Shown piece after piece: positions 15,072 to 26,769 of a stretch of 64,000 nt of DNA. The DNA is from Paraspadella gotoi (lineage: Eukaryota; Animalia; Chaetognatha): contig CM119266.1 of the NCBI GenBank assembly GCA_051294375.1, forward strand, positions 15,030,999 through 15,094,998. The letters are read 5' to 3'. The notes below the pieces were generated by a model, which worked only from the letters and a program-made list of their open reading frames with translations, ran no database searches and had not been told where the DNA came from. The translations under genes and the position numbers were made by a program. How positions within the stretch are numbered: the stretch's first letter is position 1; each line of letters begins with the position of its first letter.

Positions 15072-16993
15072 CCACTCTCATATGGGATATATGACTAATA
15101 TGACTAATAATATGACTATATTGGGTCCGGTTAGTTAACATATTTTGATAGAGCTAGTGCTAGTGTCTTTGCCGAGCTATAATCGTTCACTAGCTTAATT
15201 TATAAAGAAACATTTTCCCCGGGGAAAGAGATTTTCGATGAGAAACTCTGTCGCCTTTTTTGCGGATCAAAGAAAAAAATGGAGAATGAGTTTTAAATAA
15301 ACAATCCACTCAAAAAAGTGAATAAATAAAACAAAGAAATAGACAAATGAAAATGAAAGAGGATAGTATGAAAAAAAAATACTGAAAATTATAAAAAAAA
15401 AGAAAATATTCGTATGAGAGGGAGGGGGAGAAATGAGTAGAGAGAGAGAGAGAGAGAGGAGGAGATGAGAGAGAAGAGAGGAGGGCAGTATGAGAGCAAG
15501 AAAGAGTGATGGATGAGAGGAGAGAGGAGGAGAGAGAGAGAGATGGAGATATGGGAGCTAAATAGGCCTTGGCTGAGGGATGCAGAGGGAGCAATAACTG
15601 TTTCCTCTGTTATTCTTCTCTTTTCTTTTGATTTTGCTGTGTTTCGTGAGGGCGAAGGGAATTTTTTCCGTGCTTGATTAACGATTTCTGTGGGAAGAAT
15701 TCACGAGAGAGAGAGAGAAAGATGAGGAGAGAAGAGGAGAGGAGAGAGAGAGTNNNNNNNNNNNNNNNNNNNNNNNNNNNNNNNNNNNNNNNNNNNNNNN
15801 NNNNNNNNNNNNNNNNNNNNNNNNNNNNNNNNNNNNNNNNNNNNNNNNNNNNNNNNNNNNNNNNNNNNNNNNNNNNNNNNNNNNNNNNNNNNNNNNNNNN
15901 NNNNNNNNNNNNNNNNNNNNNNNNNNNNNNNNNNNNNNNNNNNNNNNNNNNNNNNNNNNNNNNNNNNNNNNNNNNNNNNNNNNNNNNNNNNNNNNNNNNN
16001 NNNNNNNNNNNNNNNNNNNNNNNNNNNNNNNNNNNNNNNNNNNNNNNNNNNNNNNNNNNNNNNNNNNNNNNNNNNNNNNNNNNNNNNNNNNNNNNNNNNN
16101 NNNNNNNNNNNNNNNNNNNNNNNNNNNNNNNNNNNNNNNNNNNNNNNNNNNNNNNNNNNNNNNNNNNNNNNNNNNNNNNNNNNNNNNNNNNNNNNNNNNN
16201 NNNNNNNNNNNNNNNNNNNNNNNNNNNNNNNNNNNNNNNNNNNNNNNNNNNNNNNNNNNNNNNNNNNNNNNNNNNNNNNNNNNNNNNNNNNNNNNNNNNN
16301 NNNNNNNNNNNNNNNNNNNNNNNNNNNNNNNNNNNNNNNNNNNNNNNNNNNNNNNNNNNNNNNNNNNNNNNNNNNNNNNNNNNNNNNNNNNNNNNNNNNN
16401 NNNNNNCTCTCTTCCCGGGCTTTCTTTTCTTAGCTTTTCTCCCCATTTTTCTTTTAATCTCGCGAATTTTTAGGGATTTTCTCTCTCACTCTTTCTCACT
16501 CTTTTCTTCCGAGTTCCCTATTTTCTTTCTTTCTTTCTCTCGCTCTGGAAGTAATTCGTATTAGAAAGCTCCCAGAAAAATCGAGAGATTGAAACGGGGA
16601 TTATGCAAATTAAATTCACGACATCAAATCGTAACTAAATAACATGAATGTATAGTTTTTCATTGAAACGAACTTTTCTCATAATTTTTTTTTTCAACTT
16701 TTGCTTTCCCTCTTTACGCGTCTTTGTAATGTAAACCTTGAATTCAGGATATTATTGTTCCCCTTTTTTTTCCAAACTTCCTTTCTTTCCCCCCTAAAAA
16801 TACAAGGGATTTCTCTCCTCTCTTTCTTTTTACTCGAGAAAAAAAAAGTCTAACAAAATCGTCAAGGTCTTTTCTCTCCAAATTTTTTTTTTAGTGAAAA
16901 ATATATTATAAAAGAGAGAAAGAATGAGCTGAAAGTTTTACTCTTTCGTTCTTTAAAATAGATGGATGGATTACCTCCGAAGGAGAACTGTAC

Positions 16994-17030
<37 letters not shown>

Positions 17031-18484
17031 NNNNNNNNNNNNNNNNNNNNNNNNNNNNNNNNNAACTTTCTAATCTGGATTAACACTATAAAATTTGTCT
17101 CGTATCGTCGTACTACCCGATTTTTCTCTCCAACGATGCCACTCTCCCTCNNNNNNNNNNNNNNNNNNNNNNNNNNNNNNNNNNNNNNNNNNNNNNNNNN
17201 NNNNNNNNNNNNNNNNNNNNNNNNNNNNNNNNNNNNNNNNNNNNNNNNNNNNNNNNNNNNNNNNNNNNNNNNNNNNNNNNNNNNNNNNNNNNNNNNNNNN
17301 NNNNNNNNNNNNNNNNNNNNNNNNNNNNNNNNNNNNNNNNNNNNNNNNNNNNNNNNNNNNNNNNNNNNNNNNNNNNNNNNNNNNNNNNNNNNNNNNNNNN
17401 NNNNNNNNNNNNNNNNNNNNNNNNNNNNNNNNNNNNNNNNNNNNNNNNNNNNNNNNNNNNNNNNNNNNNNNNNNNNNNNNNNNNNNNNNNNNNNNNNNNN
17501 NNNNNNNGTCAAAATCTCGGGTCACGTGACCGAGCGACGCGTCATGTGACGTCACGTCCTGTCAAAAATTCGTCGTCGAAAAAAAAAAANNNNNNNNNNN
17601 NNNNNNNNNNNNNNNNNNNNNNNNNNNNNNNNNNNNNNNNNNNNNNNNNNNNNNNNNNNNNNNNNNNNNNNNNNNNNNNNNNNNNNNNNNNNNNNNNNNN
17701 NNNNNNNNNNNNNNNNNNNNNNNNNNNNNNNNNNNNNNNNNNNNNNNNNNNNNNNNNNNNNNNNNNNNNNNNNNNNNNNNNNNNNNNNNNNNNNNNNNNN
17801 NNNNNNNNNNNNNNNNNNNNNNNNNNNNNNNNNNNNNNNNNNNNNNNNNNNNNNNNNNNNNNNNNNNNNNNNNNNNNNNNNNNNNNNNNNNNNNNNNNNN
17901 NNNNNNNNNNNNNNNNNNNNNNNNNNNNNNNNNNNNNNNNNNNNNNNNNNNNNNNNNNNNNNNNNNNNNNNNNNNNNNNNNNNNNNNNNNNNNNNNNNNN
18001 NNNNNNNNNNNNNNNNNNNNNNNNNNNNNNNNNNNNNNNNNNNNNNNNNNNNNNNNNNNNNNNNNNNNNNNNNNNNNNNNNNNNNNNNNNNNNNNNNNNN
18101 NNNNNNNNNNNNNNNNNNNNNNNNNNNNNNNNNNNNNNNNNNNNNNNNNNNNNNNNNNTTTTAAATTTGGATCGTTAATTAGCGTTTCGGTTTTATTTTA
18201 TTTAAATCTACGGGTTTGCGATATTTTTAATAATAGTCAGCAGCGCTAAATGATGATAATTAAAACCACAATTTAAACGACAGCGAGTCGATCTCAGGAC
18301 ATACGCTCTTACGAAATCTCGCCGTTCGCACGTACTCGCGCGTCCGATCTCCCGCGTACTCCTCCGTCTTTGCGCCCAACCGAAACTAGTTCTGCCTCGT
18401 CAATTACAACAGTAACAACGACAATGACGACGAGTTTTTTCAATGCGGTTAAACGATAAAAATTTCTCGTATTGCCATGAGGAT

Positions 18485-18598
18485 GTGGCGTCGGCGGTGG
18501 CGTCGGCAGTGGCGTCGTCAGTGGCATTGAAAGTGGCGTCAACGGTGGCATTGAAAGTGGCGTCGGCAGTAGCATTGAAAGTGGCGTCAACGGTGGCA
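18485..18598. repeat. 12-bp-unit minisatellite (GTGGCGTCGGCA / GTGGCATTGAAA / GTGGCGTCAACG)
   Basis: About nine consecutive 12-mers starting GTGGC or GTAGC. Confidence 0.8.
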
Positions 18599-21048
18599 CG
18601 AATGTCGAGTGCGTTTCCGAGTTGGNNNNNNNNNNNNNNNNNNNNNNNNNNNNNNNNNNNNNNNNNNNNNNNNNNNNNNNNNNNNNNNNNNNNNNNNNNN
18701 NNNNNNNNNNNNNNNNNNNNNNNNNNNNNNNNNNNNNNNNNNNNNNNNNNNNNNNNNNNNNNNNNNNNNNNNNNNNNNNNNNNNNNNNNNNNNNNNNNNN
18801 NNNNNNNNNNNNNNNNNNNNNNNNNNNNNNNNNNNNNNNNNNNNNNNNNNNNNNNNNNNNNNNNNNNNNNNNNNNNNNNNNNNNNNNNNNNNNNNNNNNN
18901 NNNNNNNNNCAAGTTTGACGTCGGGGATAAACGAATCGACGAAATCCGATTTTAATTTCGATTCTGCCTTCAAAGAATGTTTAAGACCCGAGCGACTTGG
19001 CGACAAACGGGCATGGCACTGAGATTTTAACGGCAAAGCTTCGTCGAGAGAAAGCAGGACATTGGAATGTCTATTAACAAAATGTGAAGGACAAAGAATT
19101 TCAAGTCCATAAAGATATAAAGATGGTAATATGACAAAGTCTTTCAAAAGGTTAAAATACAAAAGTTCTCCAGAATCGCAATTACATACATGCAGTACAT
19201 AGTTTTGACATAGTAGTACCACGGAAAATCACAGTGAATTGAAAAAGGGGTCAAGCGGCGCAAAAAGCTTTGACTAAAAATCGGGGATCGAATTGAAAAG
19301 ACTCTTGACACTTCCACACTGTTCTCCCCATTGTGTGAAAGTTTTGCTTCAAAAACTTCAAATGACGCGAAACAACAACACAACAAAAAACGCGGGCTCA
19401 AAACGTCTCTCTCTCACTCTCACTCTCACTCTNNNNNNNNNNNNNNNNNNNNNNNNNNNNNNNNNNNNNNNNNNNNNNNNNNNNNNNNNNNNNNNNNNNN
19501 NNNNNNNNNNNNNNNNNNNNNNNNNNNNNNNNNNNNNNNNNNNNNNNNNNNNNNNNNNNNNNNNNNNNNTCACTCACGGCTAACGTGACCTTTCTCTAAA
19601 GTTGATTCAAAATTTTAAGCGCCACCTCGGGGCGAGACTTAGAAACGTCGCGTCTTCGCCGAGAGAAGAAAAGAAAAAAAACATGGCGTCGGAAAATCTT
19701 AGTCACGTGACGAGTTTAAGTTTAAAAATATAGAAACGGTCATGGGAGCCGGGCATGTTAAATAGTTTCGTCGGTCATGGGAAACCGGGCCGCGTCTTTT
19801 GCCGGTACAATCGCCTCAACTTTGTCAGAAGATAATGGAAAACAAAAATATGGATCGATAGAGAAAAGTCAAAGAGACATCATGCGAATTTTTTTTAAAC
19901 GAATTACGACTTTTTCGATCGCTTCGCTGAACGCCTTTTGTTTTTCTCAAAATCTACGCATCGACAGAAGTTTGTCGGTAGAGGAGTTATATTCTCCTTG
20001 AATAACGGAAACAATACTTTCTCTTTTTTTATTTTTCAAAGCGTCAGAAGCCGCGATGGAGCCCACGGTGACCCGAAACGACCGAGCTCATTGTGTCCCG
20101 CCAAATCAGTCTCTGGTTATNNNNNNNNNNNNNNNNNNNNNNNNNNNNNNNNNNNNNNNNNNNNNNNNNNNNNNNNNNNNNNNNNNNNNNNNNNNNNNNN
20201 NNNNNNNNNNNNNNNNNNNNNNNNNNNNNNNNNNNNNNNNNNNNNNNNNNNNNNNNNNNNNNNNNNNNNNNNNNNNNNNNNNNNNNNNNNNNNNNNNNNN
20301 NNNNNNNNTTTTTTTTTCATTCGGTTTCCCAAAATGCCACTGAAAGCAAAAACCCTTTCCGAGCCGAAGATAAGTTGACAGAACAAAAAAAAAATATATT
20401 GTTTAATTTTAATCTTTTCCTTTCACCTAAAAAAAAAAACCACGCTAAAATGATATTTTTTTCTCTTTCTCTCCCTCTCTTACTTCGTCCTTGTGTGCTT
20501 TATTCTCTTTTCTCTCTTTTCTTTCGATTCTCTCTGATTTCGGTCAGAGAAGAACTCAAACGATTTTTCACGGCGGCGAGAACGACGACGACGACGACGA
20601 CGACGATGAGAAAGAAGACAACGATGACGACGTGCGAGCCTCATTTCAAGGTTAAGTCGAAAATTTTCGTTTCGTTGCGTTTCATTATGACGTTGACTTC
20701 GTCGTCGCTCTTATCGTCGTCGTCTTAGTGTTCGTCCGTCATCGTCATCGTCTTCGTTTTCCTCATCNNNNNNNNNNNNNNNNNNNNNNNNNNNNNNNNN
20801 NNNNNNNNNNNNNNNNNNNNNNNNNNNNNNNNNNNNNNNNNNNNNNNNNNNNNNNNNNNNNNNNNNNNNNNNNNNNNNNNNNNNNNNNNNNNNNNNNNNN
20901 NNNNNNNNNNNNNNNNNNNNNNNNNNNNNNNNCTCCTCCTCCTCCTCTTCCGTGACCCTTCACACCCCCGACTCTCCCTTTCTTTTTTCCCAAGCTTCTT
21001 CGCGTCCACCGATCGGTGATTACGGCGCGGAATGACCGCCGCCTCCCG

Positions 21049-21161
21049 GTCACGTGACCATTTCTCTAACCTCACGTGATCCTCTCCCCTTTGTTCACGT
21101 GATCGTCGATTTCTGTCACGTGATCTTCGATCACGTTATCCGATTCCGGGAGTCACGTGAC
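21049..21161. promoter_or_regulatory. Homotypic cluster of TCACGTGA E-boxes
   Basis: CACGTG cores at 21051, 21073, 21096, 21117 and 21154, all in TCACGTGA context, plus TCACGTTA at 21131. Function is inferred only. Confidence 0.45.
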
Positions 21162-22189
21162 TCTTCGATGTCAGCGACGACGTCGATTCCGATTTTGGAA
21201 TATTCATATTCTCTCTCTCGCTCTCGCTCTCGCTAATTTCAGCTCACTCATTCCCACTCGTCTCTGTCTCGCTCTCTCTTTATTTCCGGAATCGAGGTTT
21301 TTTTTGTTTTAGTCGTCGGTTGCGACGTCGCGTTGACCAGAATCTGCCGGAGATGACGATGACGACGAAATGTGAGATAAAGGATCGGGTTGTTCGGAGG
21401 GGGGGNNNNNNNNNNNNNNNNNNNNNNNNNNNNNNNNNNNNNNNNNNNNNNNNNNNNNNNNNNNNNNNNNNNNNNNNNNNNNNNNNNNNNNNNNNNNNNN
21501 NNNNNNNNNNNNNNNNNNNNNNNNNNNNNNNNNNNNNNNNNNNNNNNNNNNNNNNNNNNNNNNNNNNNNNNNNNNNNNNNNNNNNNNNNNNNNNNNNNNN
21601 NNNNNNNNNNNNNNNNNNNNNNNNNNNNNNNNNNNNNNNNNNNNNNNNNNNNNNNNNNNNNNNNNNNNNNNNNNNNNNNNNNNNNNNNNNNNNNNNNNNN
21701 NNNNNNNNNNNNNNNNNNNNNNNNNNNNNNNNNNNNNNNNNNNNNNNNNNNNNNNNNNNNNNNNNNNNNNNNNNNNNNNNNNNNNNNNNNNNNNNNNNNN
21801 NNNNNNNNNNNNNNNNNNNNNNNNNNNNNNNNNNNNNNNNNNNNNNNNNNNNNNNNNNNNNNNNNNNNNNNNNNNNNNNNNNNNNNNNNNNNNNNNNNNN
21901 NNNNNNNNNNNNNNNNNNNNNNNNNNNNNNNNNNNNNNNNNNNNNNNNNNNNNNNNNNNNNNNNNNNNNNNNNNNNNNNNNNNNNNNNNNNNNNNNNNNN
22001 NNNNNNNNNNNNNNNNNNNNNAGAGAGAGAGAGAGAGAGAGAGAGAGACTTGCGAGTCGTAGTAGAAAAGCTGATCTGACGAGACTTTTTCGAAATCGAT
22101 CAATCCTTTCTCTTTATTTTTTTTTCTTTCTCTTTTTATTCTTTTTTATTTTTTCAAATCGTATTTCTTTCTTTCTTGAGTTTCATATT

Positions 22190-22200
22190 TCTTTTTTACA

Positions 22201-22243
<43 letters not shown>

Positions 22244-22306
22244 TCATTTTTCTTTCTTTATTTCCTTCTTTCTTTTTTTCTTTCTTTCTTTCTTTTTTTC
22301 TTTTTT

Positions 22307-22350
<44 letters not shown>

Positions 22351-22652
22351 TTTTTTCTACTTTCTTTTTTTTTTATCTGTCTCTTTCTCTCTGTCGATTG
22401 TAACATTTTTCTGATGCTTTATCCTTTAGAATTTGTCTTTTCTTTTCCTTGATCTCAGTCATTCCGTCCTTTCATCTTCTTTATCTTCGCTTCAAGCTTC
22501 GTCTTCGTTTTCTTTCTTTTTTCTTTCTTTTTATCTTTTTTTTTATATTTCAAACTTTTGATATTTTCGGAGCTTTATGCTCGCTAGCTTTTTTGCTCTT
22601 TTTTCAATCACTCGCTTCCTTGCTATTTATCTTTATTTCCGTTTGTTTTCCT

Positions 22653-22728
<76 letters not shown>

Positions 22729-22785
22729 TATTTCTTTCTTTCTTTCTTTCTTTCTTTTTTTCTTTCTTTCTTTCTTTCTTTATTT
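22190..22785. repeat. Two (CTTT)n tetranucleotide tracts (a similar one lies at ~36090-36250)
   Basis: Seen directly. These produce the FLSF/KERK pseudo-ORFs. Confidence 0.93.
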
Positions 22786-22867
22786 TTTATTTTCTTCTAC
22801 TTTTCTGTATCTTTTATCTTTATCTATCCCTCAGTCCGGTTGAAAATTCCCGAGGATTACCTTTGAA

Positions 22868-22906
<39 letters not shown>

Positions 22907-25900
22907 GCGCTCAAAGAAAATAGTGGACGTATTCATAGTAAACAAAACGACGATCGACGACGAAGAAAATTTTCTTTTCCCCGAATCACAACAACAACAA
23001 AAACAACAAGGAATCGAGCAAAGAGCAGAAAGCAATGGGGAAAGCAGCAAAAACAACGACGCAGCTAAAACAGTGAAGGACGCGAAATATATTTAGGAGA
23101 AAATGAATTTTTCGTTCGTCCATTCATCGTGACTCGTCACCAAAAAATCTTCAAATCCTTCTCATCGGTGGTTATTTCTCTGACGCGGGTCGGAATGGAC
23201 CCTTATTACGACATGATCTATTCGCACCAATGGACATACATCGCGTTTCGTTTCTGCCCTTTTCCGAAATCATCGTTAAAAAAAAGACCGATGATCTAAA
23301 GAAAAATCAAGAAAACTTTATTTTAATAACATGCGAACACGAAAATTATTTTTAATTCAGTTTACAACAACGGCGTTTTTATATATAAAATTTGGGTCGG
23401 TTTTCGGTTTTGTTCGAACCCGTTTTAAAAGCTTTCGTTCCGCGCCCTCCCCAATTTTCCACGCGACATTTTCGTTCCCTCCTAAAATCTCGATTACACC
23501 TCGCCCAACGCGATTTCGATTCGCGACCAACGCACATCTGAGGCCAAAATTAAATTTGCATATTGCAGCAACGAGGTTAATCCGCGCGGAAGGAATCGAA
23601 AATCCGTGGTTTTAATCGAATCGCGAAACGTGAATCATCTTGACTGCGGAGAGTTTTTAACGTTAACTTCGGTTCGACTATTAATTATTAATTTATTTCT
23701 TTAGGTAAAAATGTTTCATTTTGTCTTTTGATAAAAAAAAATAAATAAAGAGACAAGAAATCACTCTCACGGTCATCTGAAAATTATTACTCTATTATGA
23801 TTCTAAGTTCTTTAAACAAACAAACTAATTTGAACGGTCATCGTCCTTCTCGTCCGCGACTCGTACACACTCGTACACACGAATGTGCGTAACACTAGGA
23901 GAGAAAAAAAAACGTTTGTGCGTAAACCTTTGCGCATGTAAATCAGCGCCAAAGAAAAAGAAAAAGAAAAAAAAAGGAGAGAGAAAGAATAAAAAAGACC
24001 ATTGAGTTTTTTTCGGTCCCTTTACAATCGGCGGAAAGCCTCACCAGGTTAGAGTAAGTGGTCCCCGCCTGACCAACCGGCCGTCGAACCGAAAGCTTGG
24101 ACGGAGGGGGGGGGTAAGGTGAGGGGATAGAGAGAGAGTGGGCAGCGGACAGAGGCGTGATGGGGAAAGGGGGGCGGAGTGGCGCCGGCCGAGCGAGGCA
24201 AGGACGACGCCGGCCGAGCGGAGGACGCGCCCATCGAGAAAGAACACAGAAAGAAAAGGGAAATGGACAGNNNNNNNNNNNNNNNNNNNNNNNNNNNNNN
24301 NNNNNNNNNNNNNNNNNNNNNNNNNNNNNNNNNNNNNNNNNNNNNNNNNNNNNNNNNNNNNNNNNNNNNNNNNNNNNNNNNNNNNNNNNNNNNNNNNNNN
24401 NNNNNNNNNNNNNNNNNNNNNNNNNNNNNNNNNNNNNNNNNNNNNNNNNNNNNNNNNNNNNNNNNNNNNNNNNNNNNNNNNNNNNNNNNNNNNNNNNNNN
24501 NNNNNNNNNNNNNNNNNNNNNNNNNNNNNNNNNNNNNNNNNNNNNNNNNNNNNNNNNNNNNNNNNNNNNNNNNNNNNNNNNNNNNNNNNNNNNNNNNNNN
24601 NNNNNNNNNNNNNNNNNNNNNNNNNNNNNNNNNNNNNNNNNNNNNNNNNNNNNNNNNNNNNNNNNNNNNNNGAGAGAAACATTTTTTCTATCTTCTGAAT
24701 TATAAACATTAAACAAGCAAGGTTCTAACAAGTAACTTCGCTTTGATGAACCGTTCGTTTCCTCGCTATATTTCCCGTCGTAAATCGCGAGGCAACAACA
24801 AGACTCGAGAGTCGCATTTACAATCACATTCACGATCACATATTCATAGACGCATATCTCGTTCTGTTTGCTGTCGGCAAACATTTCGGTCTTTTGGCCG
24901 ACGAAGTCTCCGGCTTCGGTTTCGCGCAGGCGAAGGAGGTGAGAATGAGTAGCACCAATTTTTTGGGTTTTTTCTTTTTTCTTTTTTTGCTTTTGTCAGT
25001 TTTATTTCATTTACTTTTCAAAACGACAACAAACTCTCGCGTTGAACAACGAGTCGGCGATCGAAACGCGTTCTTTCTTAGTTGTAGATTCCATCACAGC
25101 GAGAATACAAGAAGAGTTCCATTCGTCGGAGACAAAGCCAGTACAGAATCAGTGAAAGCAGTCCCAGTCTCTCAGGAGAAAGCGAGAAAGGAGAGAAAGA
25201 GAAAGAGATTCGCAGAGAGGCAGAGAGAAAGCCTGGAATCACAACAACGCAATCAGCAGCCACTGCAATCTCACAACAATTAGTTCTCCCTCCCTCCTTT
25301 AATTACGAGGGCTGCGGCGTCGGCGGCCGAGTTGAGAGCGGCGGCGGCGACGAGGAATCGGCAGCGTCAGGCAGCCTCAGCGGCGTTGAGTGTCTCCGAG
25401 CCGCGGCGTCGCAGCGCCCAGACGCTAATTAAAGAAATCATTAATGAGAAACTCGTTCTTCTCTCCTCCTTCTCCCTCTGTGCGTCTTTCACTCTCTCTT
25501 TCTCTCTCGGTCGCGCTGTGTTTCACCATAGGATGTGGTGCCAATAAGAAGCNNNNNNNNNNNNNNNNNNNNNNNNNNNNNNNNNNNNNNNNNNNNNNNN
25601 NNNNNNNNNNNNNNNNNNNNNNNNNNNNNNNNNNNNNNNNNNNNNNNNNNNNNNNNNNNNNNNNNNNNNNNNNNNNNNNNNNNNNNNNNNNNNNNNNNNN
25701 NNNNNNNNNNNNNNNNNNNNNNNNNNNNNNNNNNNNNNNNNNNNNNNNNNNNNNNNNNNNNNNNNNNNNNCCAACTAATGATATTTTGCCCAGACTTCAT
25801 TTCCATCGAGGATCTTGAAGAAAAAAAGGGAAAATTTTTTCCCATTTGCTTTCCTCTCCCCCCCTTCTTTTTCTTAAGTGGAAAAATTCTTAATCTCGCG

Positions 25901-26414
25901 CTAATCAAAAGGGCTTCTACCACTAAAACCGTACATATAAAACGAAAAAGAAAAAAGAAAGAAAAGAGAGCGAGAAAAGCGAAAAAAGCAAAGAAAGAAA
26001 GCAAATTGAAATGAAAAGCGCAAAAAAAAGAAATTCTCGGGGTTGAATGGCGGCGGCGATTACTCTCGACTCTAAAAAGCAAATATACGAACCTTCGCGA
26101 GAAATTAAAAAAAAGCTCTCTCTCTCTCTCTTTCTCTCTCTTTCTCTCNNNNNNNNNNNNNNNNNNNNNNNNNNNNNNNNNNNNNNNNNNNNNNNNNNNN
26201 NNNNNNNNNNNNNNNNNNNNNNNNNNNNNNNNNNNNNNNNNNNNNNNNNNNNNNNNNNNNNNNNNNNNNNNNNNNNNNNNNNNNNNNNNNNNNNNNNNNN
26301 NNNNNNNNNNNNNNNNNNNNNNNNNNNNNNNNNNNNNNNNNNNNNNNNNNNNNNNNNNNNAAACTTCCAAATGAAGGAATACGTAGACTAAGAAAAAAAC
26401 CCTGAGATTCAACA

Positions 26415-26449
<35 letters not shown>

Positions 26450-26769
26450 TTGAACCTTCTCGATAGCGACAAATTTTTTTATAAAAAAAAAAAAACATCC
26501 TCTCTCGTTCCTCTCGTCTCCCCATTCTCTCTCTTCTCTTCCTCTCTCTACCTCTTCCTCTCTTTCTCTACTCTCTCTCTCTCTCCTCTCTCTCTTCTCC
26601 TCTTACTTCGCCAACCCGGGCGGTGATGGAACCAGAACAAATGTTATTATTTTAAGAAAGCAAGCAGAAACAGTAGGTGGCTAGGCCATGATGTGTATGC
26701 GTGTTGCTGATCCACTAAATGCTGAGCATCTATATGGGGACCTCATGTTTGTTTAGTGTACGCCTCGTC

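Noticed and set aside
18443-18625. VASAVALK-repeat peptide ORF
   Set aside because: It is explained by a 12-bp minisatellite that is open in several frames and runs into a gap.
25140-25450. Possible promoter or first exon (GC-rich, Inr-like TCAGT)
   Set aside because: There is no linked coding exon, and the motifs are too short to support a call.
15610-26472. Long ORFs of 150-360 aa in the gap-rich region
   Set aside because: They are open only because N runs translate as X.
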